From positions 39,928,001-39,992,000 of the forward strand of contig NW_027361684.1 of NCBI RefSeq assembly GCF_039654945.1: 64,000 nucleotides of DNA. The letters run 5' to 3'. Positions within the stretch are counted from its first letter, which is position 1. Each line of letters opens with the position of its first letter. The position numbers were made by a program, and so were the translations under genes. Below, piece by piece: positions 61,911 through 64,000 of this stretch. This DNA is from Dendrobates tinctorius. Taxonomy: Eukaryota. The notes under the pieces were generated by a model. The model did not search any database. It was not told where the DNA came from and was given only the letters and a program-made list of their open reading frames with translations.

Positions 61911-64000
61911 TTTTCTCTATCGCTTCATTGCGGGACACAGAAACCATGGGTTGTATGCTGCTGCCACTAGGAGGCTGACACCATGCATAGAAAAAGGTTA
62001 GCTCCTCCTCCGCAGTATACACCCCACCGACCGGCACTAATTTCCTCAGTTTAGCTTAGTGTCAGTAGGAGGTGGACACGGGTCTTTCTTTAGACCCATA
62101 TCTACCTCGATGTGCGTCGTTTCCTTTCAGGTTATCCGGAGGGATACAGAGTGAAAAGTCACATCTGTACTCCCAGAAAGAGACTGTGAGTACGGCGTGT
62201 ACTGCCACCCCGTATCCTCACAGCTCTCCGCAGCAGGACCAGCAGCTCTCCGGGCGGCCGCCAACACAAATGCGTGTCAGCGATGCAGAGGGTCCTTGCC
62301 TTCTGTCTCCCACCCACTCGCCTACCAGAGCCTGTCGGTTGGATGAGGCGCCGACATACTCAGGACAAACAAAGTACCTTTATTCAACTCGGGTCCGGGA
62401 TAGGGTGAGTATTGGGCCCCCATTCTCCTCAGGCGGCACGGTCGCAGCTTCAGCGTCTTCTTTGGAGCGGGTGGCTGCGGCAGCGCTGCGGGCTTCCGCG
62501 ACTGTCCCGCGCCTCCAGGCAACCTCCGCATTTGCCTTCGAGCCCGCTCCCTTCACCCCGGCCAGGATTCTCTCAGCAGTGTTCAGGTGCGTCACCTCCA
62601 TGCCGCCTCGTGCTGACAGGCGGCCGCCACTATTAATTTAGGCCCCGGCTTCACTTTGGGCCTACTACAGCATCGCGGCCACGCCCCCAGCAGTCACTCT
62701 CAGGCGGGCTTCCCTCCCGCCCATCCTAGGCCCGCCCACCGCCTCTCCTCATGCTCCTGTCGCACTGTCACAGCGCTCAGCCCACCTTTTACAGCGGGCG
62801 GTACCTTTTTCTCAGAGCGCGGTTGGCGCCGCCCTTCGTCGTCTCAAAAAGAGCGCACTTTTCCCTCAGTCTCCTCTGGCGGCCGCCATTTTCTTTGATC
62901 TGGCAGCCGGACACCGTCAGCCGGACTCCGCACTCTCCTGCGACCCTGCAAGTACACGAGCTGCGCAACATCGCTTACTGGGGTTATCCACAGGACAACA
63001 GACCGTGAGTAGCTCTGCTTCTGCAGACTGATACCCTCCTCCCTGTCCCCCAACCTTCCGGCACTCCTTCAGCGACTGTCCCATTATGTCTACCTCTAAG
63101 CCTGACCATTCCCGCCCCCCTGTTGCCACGGGCACTTTAGTCAAGTTCTTTGCATGTTCTTCTTGCAAACGCAAACTTCCCTCAGGTCAGCCCACTCCCC
63201 CTCTGCCTCGACTGCAGCAATCACATTCAATCCGCCGCCCAGGAGCTCCCTATGACTACCCGTGAGGGTGAATCCCCCATTCCTGGCTGGGCTTCTTCTC
63301 TATCACAATCAGTGGCGGATCTTACTAAGGTGTCTCAGTCCCTAGTGGCCGTTCTTGTTAAGTTGCCCCTGGACACTTCTATCCAGCAGGGCACAAGAGG
63401 TTCCATCTGAGCCAGCCAGCATCAGCCGCAAAAGGCCCAGGCAGGATTCCAGGCTGGAATCCTCCCCTCGCCCCATCTCACCGCATAGTCCTTCCCAGCA
63501 GACTCCTTCTCATACTTCCTCACCCGAGTCAGGCGAGGCGTTCTCGGACGCGCCATCCGAGGAGATTTTAGAGCTGGATTCAGACCATGACACGAACATC
63601 AAGGTTACGGTACAGAACCTCATTGCTGCGATTAACCACACTTTCGAAATCAGACTCCCCCTGCGAAACCCTCAGATCAGGAGGTTTCGTTCAGACGGGC
63701 AGAAACACCTTCCAGAGTCTTCGCCCCGCACTCGGAGTTTGACAAGCTCCTTACCAGGGAGAGAGAAAATCCAACTAGGCGCTTTCAAAGAGAAGCGCAT
63801 CGGCGTGCTGTATCCATTTTCAAAAGAGCTCACCGACAATTGGTCGGCCTCTCCCTCTGTAGACGTTCACGTGTCCAGACTAACAACACGGTCCTCCAGA
63901 TTTCAGGTGTGGCGTCTCTGAAGGATGCTACCGATAGGATCATAGAATCCTTAGCAAAGTCAGCGTTTGATGCGGCTGCGATGGCGATGAGCCCTGCCTT
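61911..64000 (+). mobile_element. 5' part of a DIRS-like (tyrosine recombinase) retrotransposon, degenerate gag; runs off the window
   Basis: Starts TTTTCTCTATCGCTTCATTG...GACACAG, resembling frog DIRS termini, followed by a GC-rich leader. Frameshifted gag from ATG 63086 has CSSC...CLDC and later WSASPSVDVHVSRL...LKDATDRIIESL (LAP2alpha-like gag). RT and recombinase are not in the window. Confidence 0.75.

Overview
Eukaryotic (vertebrate) DNA, almost certainly a frog; the repeat families suggest a neobatrachian, possibly dendrobatoid, species, which is inference. It holds the complete SARM1 gene on the + strand: 9 coding exons spanning 10200-37320, 719 aa, all introns GT-AG with consistent phases, plus a probable upstream non-coding exon and CpG-rich promoter. 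The last four coding exons of NCBP3 lie on the - strand (54265-58079), tail-to-tail with SARM1. The rest is mostly mobile DNA: a young full-length L1 (46664-52589, 16-bp TSD, intact ORF2, one nonsense codon in ORF1), several Tc1/mariner copies, two tRNA-derived SINEs, the 5' part of a DIRS-like element, many PIF/Harbinger-, hAT- and TTAA-type MITEs (one 4-level nest, one near-perfect 458-bp palindrome) and minisatellites. The most unusual signal is a near-canonical type I hammerhead ribozyme (7431-7486) in the loop of a fold-back insert. Decayed hammerhead relics and long fold-back inserts recur elsewhere, consistent with Penelope-like/retrozyme activity. I found no protein-coding system that is clearly new. 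Gene names and comparisons with human sequences rest on recalled sequences, not on a database search.
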